Below are positions 62,645 to 64,000 of a DNA stretch of 64,000 nucleotides, in pieces. The stretch is taken from the NCBI GenBank assembly GCA_947472995.1, contig CANJBO010000006.1, positions 4,354 to 68,353 of the forward strand, read 5' to 3'. How positions within the stretch are numbered: position 1 is the stretch's first letter; each line of letters begins with the position of its first letter. The position numbers and the translations under genes were made by a program. The stretch comes from Chloroflexota bacterium. GTDB taxonomy: Bacteria > Chloroflexota > Dehalococcoidia > UBA2979. The notes beneath the pieces were generated by a model that did not search any database, had not been told where the DNA came from, and was given only the letters and a program-made list of their open reading frames with translations.

Positions 62645-63007
62645 CTAGCCGAGGCCGAGGGCGTCGAGGCGCTCGTCGTCGATGCCGAAGAAGTGCGCGA
62701 CCTCGTGCGCCACGGTGCGGCGGATCTCGTCCTCCAGCTGGTCGGGCGGGAAGGCGCGCTCGTGCGGGCCCTGGAAGATCAGGATCCGGTCCGGCAGCAC
62801 CATGTGGTAGTCCAGCCGTTCCGTCAGCGGCGTCCCCACGTACAGCCCGAACAGGTCGTCGCCGTCCTCGAGCTCGGCCTCCTCGCGGTCGTGCGCGGAG
62901 GGTTCGCGCTCCACGACGATCGCCACGTGCTCCACGAGGCGGCGGAACTCGGGCGGCAGGTCGTCGATCGCGCGGTGGACGAGGCGCCGGAACCGGTCGC
63001 GCTGCAC
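62645..63007 (-). CDS. Zincin-like metallopeptidase (Zincin_1)
   Basis: LFGLYVGTPL, PDRILIF, TVAHEVAHFFG (HExxH). Confidence 0.88.
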   Translation of the reverse strand: MQRDRFRRLVHRAIDDLPPEFRRLVEHVAIVVEREPSAHDREEAELEDGDDLFGLYVGTPLTERLDYHMVLPDRILIFQGPHERAFPPDQLEDEIRRTVAHEVAHFFGIDDERLDALGLG

Positions 63008-63024
63008 GCTACGAGTCCCGCACG

Positions 63025-63483
63025 CTAGGAGTCGGAGTCGCGCGCGCCCACGGGGCCGGGCCAGATCGTGCGGTAGCCCTCGCCGGTGATCGCGTGGCGC
63101 ATCTCCTCGCGCTCGGCGCGGACGAGCTCGGCGAACACGCGGTCGAGGTCGCGCAGCTGGTCGAACGCGTCCATCGAGGCGAGCCGCTGGCGCGCCGCCT
63201 CGAGGAAGCCGAGGCGATCGAGCGCGGCGACGCGCATCGGCCAGGCCATGACGTACAGCTTCGGCGGGCGCGGGAAGCCCGGGCGGGCCGCGGTGATGCT
63301 CGCCAGCCGCTCGTGGATCGTCTCGGCGCTGGGGAGGACGAAGACGCCTGGACCTTCGCCGTCGCGCGTGCGGAAGTCCACGAAGAGGCGCTGCGACAGC
63401 GTGGAGAAGCGGACGATCACGTGATCCGTGCGCTGGACCGCGCGGAGCAACCCCTCCACATCCACGTCGTACGAACTGTCCAC
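63025..63483 (-). CDS. Conserved hypothetical protein
   Basis: RLFVDFR...GP, RPGFP.P, E...AITGEGYRTIW; leaderless TAGACT promoter. Confidence 0.75.
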   Translation of the reverse strand: MDSSYDVDVEGLLRAVQRTDHVIVRFSTLSQRLFVDFRTRDGEGPGVFVLPSAETIHERLASITAARPGFPRPPKLYVMAWPMRVAALDRLGFLEAARQRLASMDAFDQLRDLDRVFAELVRAEREEMRHAITGEGYRTIWPGPVGARDSDS

Positions 63484-63675
63484 ACGTCGAGTCTACACAG
63501 CCGTTCACGCCCGCCCATCGCAAGGCTGCGTCTTTCCTGAAAAGACACCCGGCCGTGCTGGTGAGTGCCGGGATGCCGCCGATGATTGGCGTAAGGGTTT
63601 CCCCGCGCCGCGGGGGAACCGGTTGTGGCCGACTGGGCCGCCGCAGACACGCGATGTGCGGAGAGGGGGGAACCG

Positions 63676-64000
63676 ATGTTGAGCACGCTGCTCCGCCGCT
63701 TCCGTCCCGATCCCCTCCGCGCCCGCGTGGAGGACTCGATCCGGCGCGGCACCGGCCTCTCCAAGCAGGAGTGGCTGATCGAGGCGCGCCTCGAGCCGGC
63801 GGACGTCGAGGCCCTCGCGGAGCAGATCGTGCACTGGGTGCGCGGCCGGATCGCGGCGACGCGGCGGCCGTACGGCATCGACCAGATGGCGCTGGCGATC
63901 GCGTGCGCCGAGCCGGGCGGGCAGCCGCTCGCCTCGACGACGTTCGGCGTCTTCCGCCCGGTCGAGTTCTACGAGGAGTCCGGCGTCGAGCAGCGCGTCC
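63676..64000 (+). CDS. Hypothetical protein (partial, runs off the window)
   Basis: GGAGAGGGGGG RBS; MLSTLLRRFRPDP...PYGIDQMALAIAC... open to the window end. Confidence 0.65.
   Translation, partial: MLSTLLRRFRPDPLRARVEDSIRRGTGLSKQEWLIEARLEPADVEALAEQIVHWVRGRIAATRRPYGIDQMALAIACAEPGGQPLASTTFGVFRPVEFYEESGVEQRV

Noticed and set aside
63596-63622. GGTTTCCCCGCGCCGCGGGGGAACCG resembles a type I-E CRISPR repeat
   Set aside because: Single copy with no spacers or cas genes; explained as a GC hairpin
63580-63645. TGATTGGCG...GCCGACTGGGC resembles parts of the ZMP/ZTP riboswitch
   Set aside because: The loop CGYC needed for the pseudoknot is missing and the downstream gene is not a purine or folate gene

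Overview
Very GC-rich bacterial chromosome segment, most consistent with Chloroflexota (Dehalococcoidia/Tepidiformales-like). This assignment is inferred from the archaeal-type FBP aldolase/phosphatase, AGAAC-N4-GTTCT LexA boxes, the CIRCE element and the split transketolase. It begins in the origin-linked yidC-jag-parAB cluster and is mostly housekeeping: holB, lysA, groESL, tsaD, moaAC, rdgB, fbp, folC, fabF, scpB, rimO, rpsT, murJ, ileS with a T-box, proBA, tkt, glxK and hup. I see no rRNA, tRNA, CRISPR array, prophage or intact transposase. The interesting signals lie in small genes and intergenic DNA. (1) A 56-aa stand-alone protein resembling the C-terminal zinc finger of class II ribonucleotide reductase has a promoter covered by two perfect LexA boxes. 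(2) A putative leader-peptide attenuator precedes a small SWIM zinc-finger gene. (3) A dispersed four-way-junction repeat shows compensatory base changes. (4) A MutY homologue lacks the catalytic Glu. (5) IleRS2 carries the GxHH motif. (6) A lower-GC HEPN gene is frameshifted. (7) Two REP/REPIN-like repeat families occur, one copy in-frame inside holB. (8) Leaderless promoters are common. All family assignments come from motif recognition by eye, not database searches.
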